A DNA stretch of 64,000 bases from Podarcis vaucheri (Eukaryota), in assembly GCA_965113315.1 (NCBI GenBank), contig OZ220365.1; one strand, 5' to 3'. A program made the position numbers and the translations under genes. Positions 1 through 11,010 of the stretch are shown piece by piece. The notes below the pieces were generated by a model. It saw nothing but the letters and a program-made list of their open reading frames with translations, ran no database searches and had not been told where the DNA came from. The stretch's first letter is position 1. Each line of letters starts with the position of its first letter.

Positions 1-179
1 AGACACTGCGGATCCCTAAGTGTGCCGGTGTCTGTTGGCATCGGTCACTGTGATGTTTGGGCTGAAGCTCCCGAACGATCGACCAGGAGGGAGAGAACAT
101 GCCAGTTGGGCATGTGTCTGTACCAGGGTCCTACTTGAGTGTAGGATGAGCTCTTGACTTTACATTCCACTATCAGACA

Positions 180-325
180 CCCTTCACCAGCAGAAAGTTC
201 TTGATGTTGAGTTGGGATCTCCTTTCTTGTAACTTAAATACACTGGGCCCTACCCTCTGGAGCAGGAGAAAGCAAACTTGCTGCATCTTCCATGTGATAG
301 CCCTTTAGATATCTGAAGACAGCTT
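180..325 (-). mobile_element. CR1 LINE ORF2 C-terminal fragment (degenerate)
   Basis: Reverse complement reads GCTGTCTTCAGATATCTAAAGGGCTATCACATGGAAGATG...CTGCTCCAGAGGGTAGG...TTACAAGAAAGGAGAT, typical of the CR1 3' coding region. Confidence 0.7.
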
Positions 326-346
326 TCTATGTTCCTATTTGACAAA

Positions 347-510
347 GTAGCTCAGCGGTGGATAATCTGTCTTGCATGCAGGGAGTCCTGGGTTCAATCT
401 CTGATGGTATCCTCAGGCAGGGCTGGGAGAAGACCTCGCCCCTGTCTGAAACCCTGGAGAACCACTGCTGTCACTCAGTGTCAACAACATTGAGTTGGTA
501 GGGACTTGAG
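347..510 (+). mobile_element. tRNA(Ala-like)-derived squamate SINE, degenerate
   Basis: A box TAGCTCAGCGG, TTGCATGCAG anticodon arm, B box GGTTCAATC, then body GGGCTGGGAGAAGAC...CTGAAACCCTGGAGA; same family as 8605-8792 and 7382-7495. Confidence 0.7.
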
Positions 511-1074
511 CAGCCTATACAGACTCACACATTTTCTGTAAAGTGAAGCTGATTGCTGAGCCTGACCAAGCTGTGTGGGAGAAGCTTGGTTCAGAGGCTT
601 CTCACACTGCACGTAGATTGACAGCTTTCCGAAAAGGAGTAAATTCTCTCCATTTATAAGGGCTTAAATACATGAATGAGGATGACAATTTGAAAGCCAT
701 GTTGAAAGTAACTTTTTAAAATCCCTTTCGTGGGCATGAAGGATAATTTGCATTGGAAATGCATCTTATTTGCAGGCTAAGTAAGGAATAAAATTTGAAA
801 AGGATTTCAAGACAGATGTTTCCTTTTAATTCTTGTAAATGAATATATCATGCAAGCCTGATATATACCAGGCAGGTGGAGGGTATGACTGTTTCTCATC
901 TACACTGAATCCTCTCCCTAACTTGAATATGATTTCTGAAACTATTAAATATTTCCAGATGAAAAAGGGAGGATGGGTTAGTGGCTGAAGGGGAAGATGG
1001 CTTCATATTTAATTTCATGTTACATTATAGCAGCTTTCCATATTTCTAGAATTTAGATAGGGTCATGCTACAGA

Positions 1075-1255
1075 GTAGCGGCGCCCGCCCTGTGGAACAC
1101 CCTCCCATCAGATGTCAAGGAGATAAATAACTGTACGACTTGTGGAAGACATCTGAAGGCAGCCCTGGATAGGTAAGTTTGTAATGTTTGATGTTTTGTT
1201 ATGCTTTTATATCTGTTGGAAGCTACCCAGTCAGATGGGCAGGGTATTATTACTG
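1075..1255 (+). mobile_element. L2-clade LINE 3' end
   Basis: Encodes ...VAAPALWNTLPSDVKEI..., followed by a T-rich UTR and CAGTCAGATGGGCAGGGTAT terminus (similar terminus near 30790). Confidence 0.7.
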
Positions 1256-1314
1256 CTGCTGCTGTTGCGGTTGTTAGCCAGGTGCTATACATCTGCAACC
1301 TATAAAGGTATGAT

Positions 1315-1438
1315 TGGGGATGAGCAGTTCCAGATGTTGTTTGACTCCCAGCATCTATGACCATAGGTTGTGCTGGGTGGGGGTTGATGGAAGTTATAAG
1401 TCTATTAAAATCTGGAGGGACACAGGTTCCCCATTCTG
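1315..1438. mobile_element. hAT-type MITE (palindromic GGACTACAACTCCC family), degenerate
   Basis: Internal inverted pair CCAGATGTTG..GACTCCCAGCATC / GATGGAAGTTATAAGTC..ATCTGG; same family as 6367-6505. Confidence 0.6.
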
Positions 1439-1773
1439 GCTATAAATGAGTTAATGCCAACATGCCAAAGTCCTTGTCTATTCTATTCAGAGTTGAATAA
1501 AATACATACAAGTTCCAGTGACATACAAACTGCATGGGGTGGCAGTGTAGCACAGGTCGTTTACTATGGTGGTCCCCAAATAGTTGAATACCCACCTCTC
1601 TGAGGTGTATCCCTCTTATTGCATTTTGGTGTTAGGTCAAGGCACCTTTATACCCAGGCCTTTGGGAAGTGGAGTATGTTACATGGTTTAATTATATTGA
1701 GTTGCGTGTAACCTCTGCTGGGATCACATGGTGAAGACTGGGTTGTAAATGCCTATGCATAAATAAATTTGTC

Positions 1774-2157
1774 CAGCGGTGTAGCGTGAGTTGTCAGCAC
1801 CCGGGGCAACGCAAGTAATTTGCGCCCCCTAACCCGGGGCAAGGCACGTAATTGGCGCCCCCCTCCCCCCTAACCTGCGAGTTGCCGCTGGCGCTGCCGC
1901 GCAAACGACGCCGCTTGCCCGGAGGAGGAGGGGGGCAGAGAGGCGAGGAAAATGCAACGGCTGCCTGGTGTGTCCTCCGCGGCGAGCGCTGAGAGCCGCT
2001 GCCTGCCGGGCGCCTTCAGCCGGGCGCCGCGAGACATGCGGCTCTGCTACAGCCTGCGCCCGAGGCTCTTCGGCGACTCCGGAGACAGCGAGCGCGCCCC
2101 CCCAGATGTTGCACCCAGTGCGGCCTGCCCCCCTTGCACCCCCACGCTACGCCACTG
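1774..2157. mobile_element. Non-autonomous hAT transposon (MITE) with GC-rich internal cargo
   Basis: TIRs CAGCGGTGTAGCGTG...CACGCTACGCCACTG; perfect 8-bp TSD AATTTGTC (1766-1773 and 2158-2165); ends shared with 53685-53830. Confidence 0.92.
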
Positions 2158-5111
2158 AATTTGTCTTAACAGATTTGAGTTAGCACCTTTCATTATTGCA
2201 TAGTAAAGATGCATTATGTTGCTTAGTTATTTAAATTGTTTTATGCTAATGATCAAAAGCTAACTTGAGGGGCATACTGGGGGGAAAGTCACAAACAAAC
2301 ACGCACATACAATCTTCGGGAAGTAGGTTTCATTATTGAGGCAATAATGTTTTTGTCAGGATTAAGAAATATGGCAGTGTTAGCCTTACATTTATATAAA
2401 TTGCATACCTGCTCAAATTGTGTCATATTCACCCAGGAGAGTGAGTTATAAATTGCAGTAAAATAAAGGAACTTAGTCTGACAGACAAAGGGGGCACATC
2501 CAGAGACAATCCAGGCTGTCTAGGTCCCTGAGGCGGTAATTCTAAGTGGTAGAATTTACCACCTTCCCTGGTGGTAAAAAATAGAGCAAGCCAAGTAATT
2601 GACATTTTGCTGCCCTTCAGTGGCACCCCAGATCTGCCGCCTGAAGTGAATAACCTCACTCTGCTTAATGACTGAGCTGGCCCTGTGTACACACATGACA
2701 GAACAAATTTTCCAGATATTCAATTGTGTTTTTCACTGCATCATTATGCTCCCTTGCTGGAGAACTTGGATCTACACCTTTGAACAAGAGAAAGTTGCTT
2801 TTTCAGCTGAGCACTCTGATTAGTGCATTGTGTTGTGTGAGATGAAGACTGAGAGAGAGAGAAAACAAATAACCCCAAATTAGCAAGGCTCTGATACAAT
2901 GATAAATTATATAATACAGAGCTGTAAAGTTTACCAGCAATTGTGACTGTGCCCCAGCTGAGAAACATCCCCTTTATCAGAGCTTGCCACATAAGGCCTC
3001 ATTTAAATATCTATGCATAATTTGACATCTGAAAGGTTTCTGCCAGCTGCTAACACATTTTTTCTGTTCCTTCAAGGATTCAGACAGTTTATCTTCATAG
3101 GAGTTGGGAAGAAGTTAGGGAAGATGTTATTTCTCTCTTCTCCTGATACTCTTGTAATTATCGCAGGGTGATGTAGCACAGAACCTGCCATTTAAGCCTT
3201 CACTCAGCACTTGCTCAGACACTATAAAACACAGTCCTTTAAGACTGGTTGAGCTTCCACAGATGTGTTATTATTATGGGCTGTTTAGCCTCTTAATCAC
3301 CATGAAATTAGAAGCAGCATCTTCAGATTGCTCTAATGCAGAGTTTGGAGTGAAGAGGGAATGACAATTTGTGGATTCCACCCTCCCACTTAGGGTTGTT
3401 TTATTTTGAATATTATGTAATTAAATGCTTCTTACGAATGATAAAAGGGGCAGTAAACCAGGTTGGCCTTTGAGTCACTTCACAATTGATTATCGTGTCG
3501 CTTGCAGATGTGTGTCTTTTGATCTTCTGCCTTTTGCCTTGTTGTCTTTTGCAACAGAAAACAAAATGTCCGCTGTTGCTCTACTTGAGTTTCTATGTTG
3601 TTATGAATTTATTTGCTTTACATTCAGCAATAAAGTCCTCCAGTGTTTGACTTAATGTGTGTGGGCTAAAAAGGGAGTATCAAGTAAGTGTGTATACGCA
3701 AGCCTGGCCACAAGTTTCCCCCACTTGTGTTGGATTCATCTTCCTGCATTGAGAGGGAGAGTCAGAATGGAGATTCTGCCCAGGTCTCCTTGTGACTTGG
3801 GGCCCTGTATGATCAGAGAACCGGATTTCAGGGAAAATTCTAAGCACAATGGCCCAAACTTGCTTAGAATCCCCCTTCATGCCTTTGCTCTCAACTGACG
3901 ACACATTTGGGGATGTTGGGGGCTCCTACTGCTACTGAGATGCAGTAAAGAAGCCCAGGCAACCTGATTTTCTATCTATCTCAGATGTCTGGATTAACAA
4001 TTCACAGCCTGTCTTCAATGATTTACAAGCATTGCTCAAAGTAATATATCCAATCTTTCATCATCTTAAGATAATATTCATAGATCCAATACTTGCTTCT
4101 CATTGTCAGCCTTGATGATTTCATCGCAATTCCTGACCAGAAAGGCTTCTCTCCCCCACCCCACCCCCGTTAAGCCATCTGTCATGGAGCTGGGAAGGAA
4201 AACTTTAAAATGGATTTAATATTTATGAATGTGGCATAAGTTTCTCTTGTGCATCTTTGTCAAGTATTTGCGAGCTTAATTAATGCCCTGTTGTTTGCTC
4301 TTTCCTTTAGCCCATTTTCTTGACTGATCTATTTTAAAAGTATTTTCAGAGGCTGTACAAGCTCATTTGTAATTTCTGGCCATGATCTGCATTTGTCATC
4401 TATATTCAGCAGTCAATTCTCCCCAACCAAATCACCTTTCATTCTTCACAGTCTATCTATCCAATTTATCAACACACACATTTTTGTGCCATTCAAGCTG
4501 ATCTTCCTGAAGCCATAACTTTTGTTTTGTTTTGTTTTGGTGGTAACTAGTTTGCCACTTTGATTTAAAAAATTACTGTTTGTCAAATTTAATCACAGGG
4601 CTATCATTTGATTGAGTGCCCTAGCAACATTTTCTTTTCCTTCACTGATCTCGCCTCCCTCTTCGGTTAAAGCATTGAGGCCGAGAAGAATATTTGACTG
4701 ATGCATGTAGATACCATTAACCGAACAGATTATTTCTATGTCAGTTTGAAAATGTCCAGCAATATTTCTTTAAAGGCTTATATAGTTATATATCATCTTA
4801 TTGTATAATATCATCAATTGCAGCAGTGCCATCAACTTTCAGTCTTCATGCTGGCAATAAGCACAGACTAGGATGCTGGTGTTGAAGCTGGATAGACCCC
4901 ATTAGGAGTACAGGCTGAATGGACTTCCATCAGGAATTACAAGCCGTTCCTATTGAGATTTGGTGATGAGGGGCAGGGGAATGAAATGAGGGATCTTCAA
5001 CAGGGGGCAGGGAAACAGTTTATTGTGATAAACCCAGTGGCTTGGATCATAGGTATGCCTTCCATAAACAGAAGGTCTTTTTCTGCTTACAGAAGACTTT
5101 TCAGTGTAGCA

Positions 5112-5173
5112 GAGAAGAAGAAGAAGAGGAGGAGGAGGAGGAGGAGGAGGAGGAGGAGGAGGAGGAGGAGGAG
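5112..5173. repeat. (GAA)n(GAG)n microsatellite (SINE tail)
   Basis: Direct inspection; explains the poly-P, poly-R and poly-E ORFs. Confidence 0.95.
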
Positions 5174-5410
5174 TTTGGATTTGATATCCCGCTTTATCAC
5201 TGCCCGAAGGAGTCTCAAAGCGGCTAACATTCTCCTTTCCCTTCCTCCCCCACAACAAACACTCTGTGAGGTGAGTGGGGCTGAGAGACTTTAAAGAAGT
5301 GTGACTAGCCCAAGGTCACCCAGCAGCTGCATGTAGAGGAACGGGGACGCGAACCCGGTTCCCCAGATTACGAGTCTACTGCTCTTAACCACTACACCAC
5401 ACCGGCTCTC
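5112..5410 (-). mobile_element. Squam3-type (tRNA/CORE) SINE, full length, with (CCT)n(CTT)n tail
   Basis: Reverse complement starts GAGAGCCGGTGTGGTGTAGTGGTTAAGAGC (A box), has GGTTCGCGTCCC (B box), CORE-like GGGTGACCTTGGGCTAGTCAC, and ends GCGGGATATCAAATCCAAACTC plus triplet tail. Confidence 0.85.
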
Positions 5411-5569
5411 CACAGAGTATTCTCCTGATGAATGGGGAGGCGATTTTGAAAATTCCACTCCCCCTGCTGCCTCCGACCACTGTCATAGAGAGTCCCCAAA
5501 CCCTTAGGGGTGAGAACTCTATATACCCAAAAGCAATCTTCCTGATTTCTCTGAGAAATTATAAGGGTG

Positions 5570-5785
5570 CTGGTACATGGGGCTGTCTCTGAAGATGCTT
5601 CAGAAACTTCAGCTGGTGCAGAATTCAAGGCAGTTTGAGCATATGACACCAATCCTGGCCCAACTGCACTGGCTGCCAATTACTGTCCAGGCCAAATTGA
5701 AAGTGCTGGTTTGTACCTATAAAACCTTTAAAAGCTCAGGAGTGCAATACTTCCAGGACCATCTTTCCCCATGTGAACCGACTCT
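5570..5785 (+). mobile_element. L2-clade LINE ORF2 fragment
   Basis: Translation GLSLKMLQKLQLVQN..HMTPILAQLHWLPI..KVLVCTYK contains the L2 'LQLVQN / LHWLP' signature. Confidence 0.85.
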
Positions 5786-6366
5786 GTCTGCTTGTAATGC
5801 ATTCTACAGCTGAAGTTCTGTATTTCTACTGTGGGCCTTGAATGCAGTGTACTTAAGAATAACCCGATTCTTCCCTTCTGACTAACATTTTGCTACGTGT
5901 CACCCACTTTCCTGAATAAAGAAAGACAAGGCAGAAAATTTGCCAGAAAGATCAAAAGCCACATCTCAGCTTATTCCAGCTAAAAATTCTCTCTCTCTAT
6001 TCTCCTTGAACTCCCCTGCACATTTATATCAATGGGTATGCATGCTCCAGATCCAGAGTTGATACTAGACTCCTTATTCAGGAAAAAGAACCCTTCCTCA
6101 GAGAGGGTGCCAACACTTTAAAGTGCACTAAGCCATAGAGCATGTCTGCAGCCACTTCACCCCCAAGAGGTCTCTTAACCTGCCTTCCTCAACTACCAGC
6201 AGTAATCTGCAGGACTCTAATGCTGCTCTGCAGCTTCTGGGGTGGGACACTAAGTAAGAAAACCAGAGAAGGAATAGTGGGAGGCTCAGCATTCACTCAA
6301 CGCACACAAACGGATAATATGCACTGTCTGTAAAAAAGGACTTGGCAACCCTAATTGCCCCTGTAA

Positions 6367-6505
6367 CAGGGATAGGGAAACCAGTGGGCCTCCAGGTAAT
6401 GCTGGACTACAATTCCCACAATCCCTGACCATTGGCCATACTGACTGGGGCTGATGGGAGATGGAGCCCAACAACATCTGGAAAGCTACAGGTTTCCCAT
6501 CCCTG
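6367..6505. mobile_element. hAT-type MITE
   Basis: TIRs CAGGGATAGGGAAACC / GGTTTCCCATCCCTG; perfect 8-bp TSD CCCTGTAA; internal palindrome. Confidence 0.9.
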
Positions 6506-7381
6506 CCCTGTAACAAAATGACCCCACCAAGACATAGGGATTGAAGTTCTAGTAAACTGAAGTATGTGAGTTGTGCGGTTATAACACTTTATCCAGCAGG
6601 CCATGCTAGCCTTTTGGAGGATGGGTTGCAAATCAAATGAATAAAACCCAAATTTTATCCTTTTTCTTTCTTTCTTTGCCCTGGTATATATATTTTAAAA
6701 CAACAACAACAACTTTATTTTAATGTTTGGACAGGAAACTGATTTGGAGTTCCATGATTTTGTCGGGGAGGTTATCTAGGTGTTTATCTGCTTTCATCAA
6801 TACGAAAGGTCTTGTTTTGTTCTCTTTTGACATGAAAATAGAAGCCACAAGGCTCTGGGGGGAAAGAGACTCAGACTTAATTATATGCCCTTTTCACCCT
6901 TGCATCTGGATCCTATTAGCTTGAAAGCAGTTGGGGATTTCTGTGCAATCTTGACCCTCCTACAAACATGCTCTTGACCAAACTGATAACTATCCTCAAT
7001 TATAGGCTATCCAAGTGTTGAAAGGTATATATTTCTTCTACCGGATACCCTTGAATTAACTTCACAGTTATACAAGATGTCCTTGTGATTCCTGGAAGCT
7101 TCTAATCAGATCTTGGGTTCTTTTTTTCTTTTTCTTTTTAATACTTGGCAGCAGTGCCTGAAAGGGGACTAAAAAGCTAGTGGGATGGTTTTGAAGGAAA
7201 TGAAATGTTTGTCTGTGTGTGCCATAAGTGGGGTAGGCAATCCAGATGCAGTTAAGCCTGCCAAAAAAGAAATGGGAAGAGTGAATGCCATCCCACTTGG
7301 AGCACTGCACCTGTGACCTAGACCTGATTCCAGGACTCCTCTGACCACACCATTGCTTGAGAAGATGTTTCTTGGCCAAAC

Positions 7382-7495
7382 TAGCTCAATGCCAAAAACA
7401 CATCCTTTGCTTATAGAAAGGCCTGGATTCAATTCTCTGGCATCTTCCAGTTAGGCTGTAAAACCTTGGAGAACCACTATTAGTCGGTTTAGATA
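7382..7495 (+). mobile_element. tRNA-derived SINE remnant (family of 347-510)
   Basis: TAGCTCAATG..TTTGC..GGATTCAATTC..GGCATCTTCCAG..AAACCTTGGAGA. Confidence 0.5.
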
Positions 7496-7621
7496 TTGTT
7501 GTTAATTTATTAACTGATAGAGATTGTACCATATTAAAGAGTTTAAAATGTTCAGAAATGTTAATAAAAATATATAGGTTCTGATGGCACAAGATTTAGT
7601 CACTCACTTTTAGAGGGTTAA

Positions 7622-7672
7622 TGTGTGTGTGTGTGTGTGTGTGCGTGTGCGCGTGTGTGTGTGTGTGTGTGT
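7622..7672. repeat. (TG)n microsatellite
   Basis: Direct inspection. Confidence 0.95.
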
Positions 7673-8141
7673 CATTTTGATTATGACTAGGAACCTCAAA
7701 AGCTGGGACTGGTCTGATCAGCCTCTTCTGATTAGCAGAACATTTGGAAAGTATGATATTCCAGAAAACCTGCAAAATTACTGGGGGGGGGGGAACACTG
7801 AGTCATGTCTGGTACTCATGTAGTGGCTGCTATCTGATGCCAAGATGAAGTTCACAAATGTTATCTCCAAGAGAACTAGCTGCAGCCCACATCTTGCTTA
7901 TCTTATCAAAGCAGTGACTACTGGAACTGGCTTCATATCTTGTTCAGAAGTGCATCATTGTACTATCAGCAAGAGATAAGATCTGGGTGATTTCCAAGAG
8001 CTGTAAATTGGGAGGTTTAGAAAAACAATATCATTAAGAAGGTAAAACTCTAAGACTGCAAGGACACACATACTACTTTCAAATATATTAAGAACACCAA
8101 GTACACACAACCCTGTGGAGTGAAGATACAATAGGAACTAT

Positions 8142-8195
8142 TTCTTCTTCTTCTTCTTCTTCTTCTTCTTCTTCTTCTTCTTCTTCTTCTTCTTC
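8142..8195. repeat. (CTT)n microsatellite
   Basis: Direct inspection, 18 units. Confidence 0.95.
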
Positions 8196-8604
8196 AGCTA
8201 TTTTTTTCTTTGAATATTTCACCTACCCCCATAGTCACTGTGTGGTTTAAAAAAAATTATGATACATTTCATTACAGGTGTGTAAATAATTTTTTAACAA
8301 GATGTGTCCCATCACAGTGTGATTTATATATGATATAACTCCAAAGATCCACTTGGAGGGGAATAAATCTCACACTTTAACCCGATCTTTTGCACTAGAC
8401 ATCAAAATATACTTTCAGAGAAAAGTACTTTAAAGAAAACCCTGCATTCTTGAAATGCATCATTTCCCGTTCATATTATTATTTAGTTTTCCCATTGATT
8501 GATTTCTTGTAGGATTGTTCCACCTCTTTATAGTGGCATCTTTTTACAAGTCCAAAAGAATTTTGAATAAAAGTCAATGAATGTTTTAAAACATAAAACA
8601 TATA

Positions 8605-8792
8605 ATGCTACCAATTATACCAAATCAGACCATTGGTTCATCTGGTTCAGTATTGTCGACACTGTCTCACAATGGCTCTCCAAGGTTTCAGACAGGAGTT
8701 TTCTCCAGTCTTACCTGGAGATACCAAGGATTAAATCTGGGAGCTTTTGCATGCAAAGCACATGGTCTTTCATTGAGTTTTTGCTCTTCCCA
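8605..8792 (-). mobile_element. tRNA(Ala-like)-derived squamate SINE
   Basis: Reverse complement contains TGCTTTGCATGCAAAAGCTCCCAG..CTCCAGGTAAGACTGG..CTGTCTGAAACCTTGGAGAGCC..ACAATACTGAACCAGATGAACCAATGGTCTGA. Confidence 0.7.
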
Positions 8793-9369
8793 CTTTGTTC
8801 TATCTTATTTAAGAATTTCAAGATCAGGATGTGGGCCAAATTAGACATCACAATAAATGTGTGACTACTGCCAAACACAATGGCTGTGTGTTCAGATTAT
8901 AACTTGAATTTCAGGGAACTAAAGGACAACAAGGAACATAGCATGGGGGATCCGCCAGGGCAATCACCCTGGGCTCATTTTCCTGGGGGAGGCTAGCTAC
9001 TCATGCCACCCTCCCCAAGCCAGACCTATGCCATTTTGCAAGGCTGGGATCTGATCAGATGGCAGCCTTGCAAAGCATCGGGGGGGGGTGCACGAGAAGG
9101 ATTCCATGCACCCCTTGATCGCAGCCTTGCCCCCAAGAGGCTGGGATCAAGGCGTGCATGACTGTTGCATTCTTCTCACGCCGCCCTCCTTGAGCCGCTT
9201 TGCGAGGCTGGGAGCTGATCAGCTTGTCCCCCATAGTGGCTAACAACTTATGGCCTTTTGAACTACGTGCAGCAAATCCTTGGTTGATTCCAACCGCCTA
9301 CACCAAATACCAGATCCTAACTGATCCACTATTGACCAGAACAAATATGGAGCCACATAGTACCTCACA

Positions 9370-9760
9370 GAATTCCTCAAAGAATTGATGCTTTTGAATT
9401 ATGGTGCTGGAGGAGACTCTTGAGAGTCCCATGGACTGTAAGAAGATCAAACGTATCCATTCTTAAGGAAATCAGCCCTGAGTGCTCACTGGAAGGTCAG
9501 ATCCTGAAGCTCAGGCTCCAATACTTTGGCCACCTCATGAGAAGAGAAGACTCCCTGGAAAAGACCCTAATGCTGGGAAAGATGGAGGGCACAAGGAGAA
9601 GGGGACGACAGAGGACGAGATGGTTGGACAGTGTTCTCAAAGCTACAAAGATGAGTCTGACCAATCTGCGGGAGGCAGTGGAAGACAGGAGTGCCTGGCG
9701 TGCTCTGGTCCATGGAGTCACGAAGAGTCGGACACAACTAAACGACTAAACAACAACAAC
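9370..9760 (+). mobile_element. BovB (RTE clade) LINE, 5'-truncated 3' end
   Basis: Translation IDAFELWCWRRLLRVPWT..LQYFGHLMRREDSLEKTLMLGKMEG.RRRGRQR.RWLD; (CAA)n tail; probable TSD AGTACC(T/C)CACA at 9359-9369 and 9761-9771. Confidence 0.95.
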
Positions 9761-10874
9761 AGTACCCCACACAACAAATCCACCTCTTATTTCACCTTCC
9801 TCTGTCTTTCACTTCTTCACCTCTTCTCATTATGTTCATATAATGGTCTTTTTGACAATGAATCTTCATTCATAATCTTGAATGTATAATCATGTTAATT
9901 TTCAAAGTTGTATTTTTTATTTTTTAAAAACTATTAATGTGTCTACTGAAGTAATCCAAACTGAATTATGTTTCAGGGAAAATGCTAGGTACATTAAATG
10001 CCCCTTACAGGCATTAATGAAACCCGTTGACAACCCATTTGCACGTATTTAGCAACACATTGTCTAGGACAGTTAAACCTGTTGTGAATTATCCATGAAT
10101 TATCCAAGCTAGAACTTATCCTATAAAATTAAATCTGCCCTTTGCCATATACAGGCTTTACGGGGAATTGTCACCTAAAATCAATTATTTCTATGCTGCT
10201 GTAGATATTTCAAAATCATTTTAGTGTGAGTTGTATAATTGTCCTACAGGAAAGGACTGAGGAGGTGCTAATAAGGTAGAGAGTGAGTGGGGAGGGAGAG
10301 GGAGAGAATGAAACACTGTTCCTACAGTAGTAGGTTTCATACCACATGGCATTTGTTTGTGGAATACTTTCCACACTGACTTGGCTTCCAGTGTATCCTT
10401 AACCATGAGGTATTGGGGTTGCCGTATATTACAGTGGATTCTGGGAAGTATTCCAGGATTCATACTGAGCTTTCATATTGTCCAGGCTTGTTGGGTCATT
10501 ATGAAGGGAGGAGGAATCCATTTAAAACAGATTTATACAGGTTCCACCTCACTCAAGCTTTGCCCACATCAAACCGCTGTCCACACCATGCATAATCTTA
10601 ACCACAGGGAATTTGATTCAGCGATGTGTTGCAATGCAAGTTCTGGTGATCAGCCACACACAGAACCAGGCAAGCCCAATCGTCTGGACTTGCACAGCAC
10701 CACACAAATTTCTTTGGCCCAGCCATGGATGCCATATATGTCAGTTGTAAAGCAGCTTGGCCAAAATATACTCAGGCCAAATGCAGAAGGCCTAATTAGG
10801 ACCACAGGCCAGAGGTTCCGCACCCTTGATCCAAGCCTATGTCATGTATCTCCCCATTCACCTCATTTTTTGAA

Positions 10875-11010
10875 ATCAAAAATCTTCAAGTGCTGTAGCC
10901 TTTCCTTGTATGGAAGTTCCCCAAACTGCTTGATGATGTCGGCTAACCTTTTCTCCAGCTCTACATCATACTTTTTTGAGCTGAGGCAACCAGAACTGTA
11001 AATAGTCTTT
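10875..11010 (-). mobile_element. CR1 LINE ORF2 fragment (old)
   Basis: Minus-strand peptide DVELEKRLADIIKQFGELPYKERLQHLKIF resembles the CR1 'LE.VQ.RATKMI.GLE.LPYEERL..L.LF' block. Confidence 0.6.

Noticed and set aside
4950-5294. ORFs with poly-Pro, poly-Arg and poly-Glu runs
   Set aside because: Artefacts of the (GAG)n SINE tail
9420-9749. RT-related ORF as a functional gene
   Set aside because: Only the C-terminal ~120 aa of BovB, 5'-truncated
10357-11001. Longest ORF in the track (214 aa)
   Set aside because: No recognisable domain, non-ATG start, and partly antisense to a CR1 remnant
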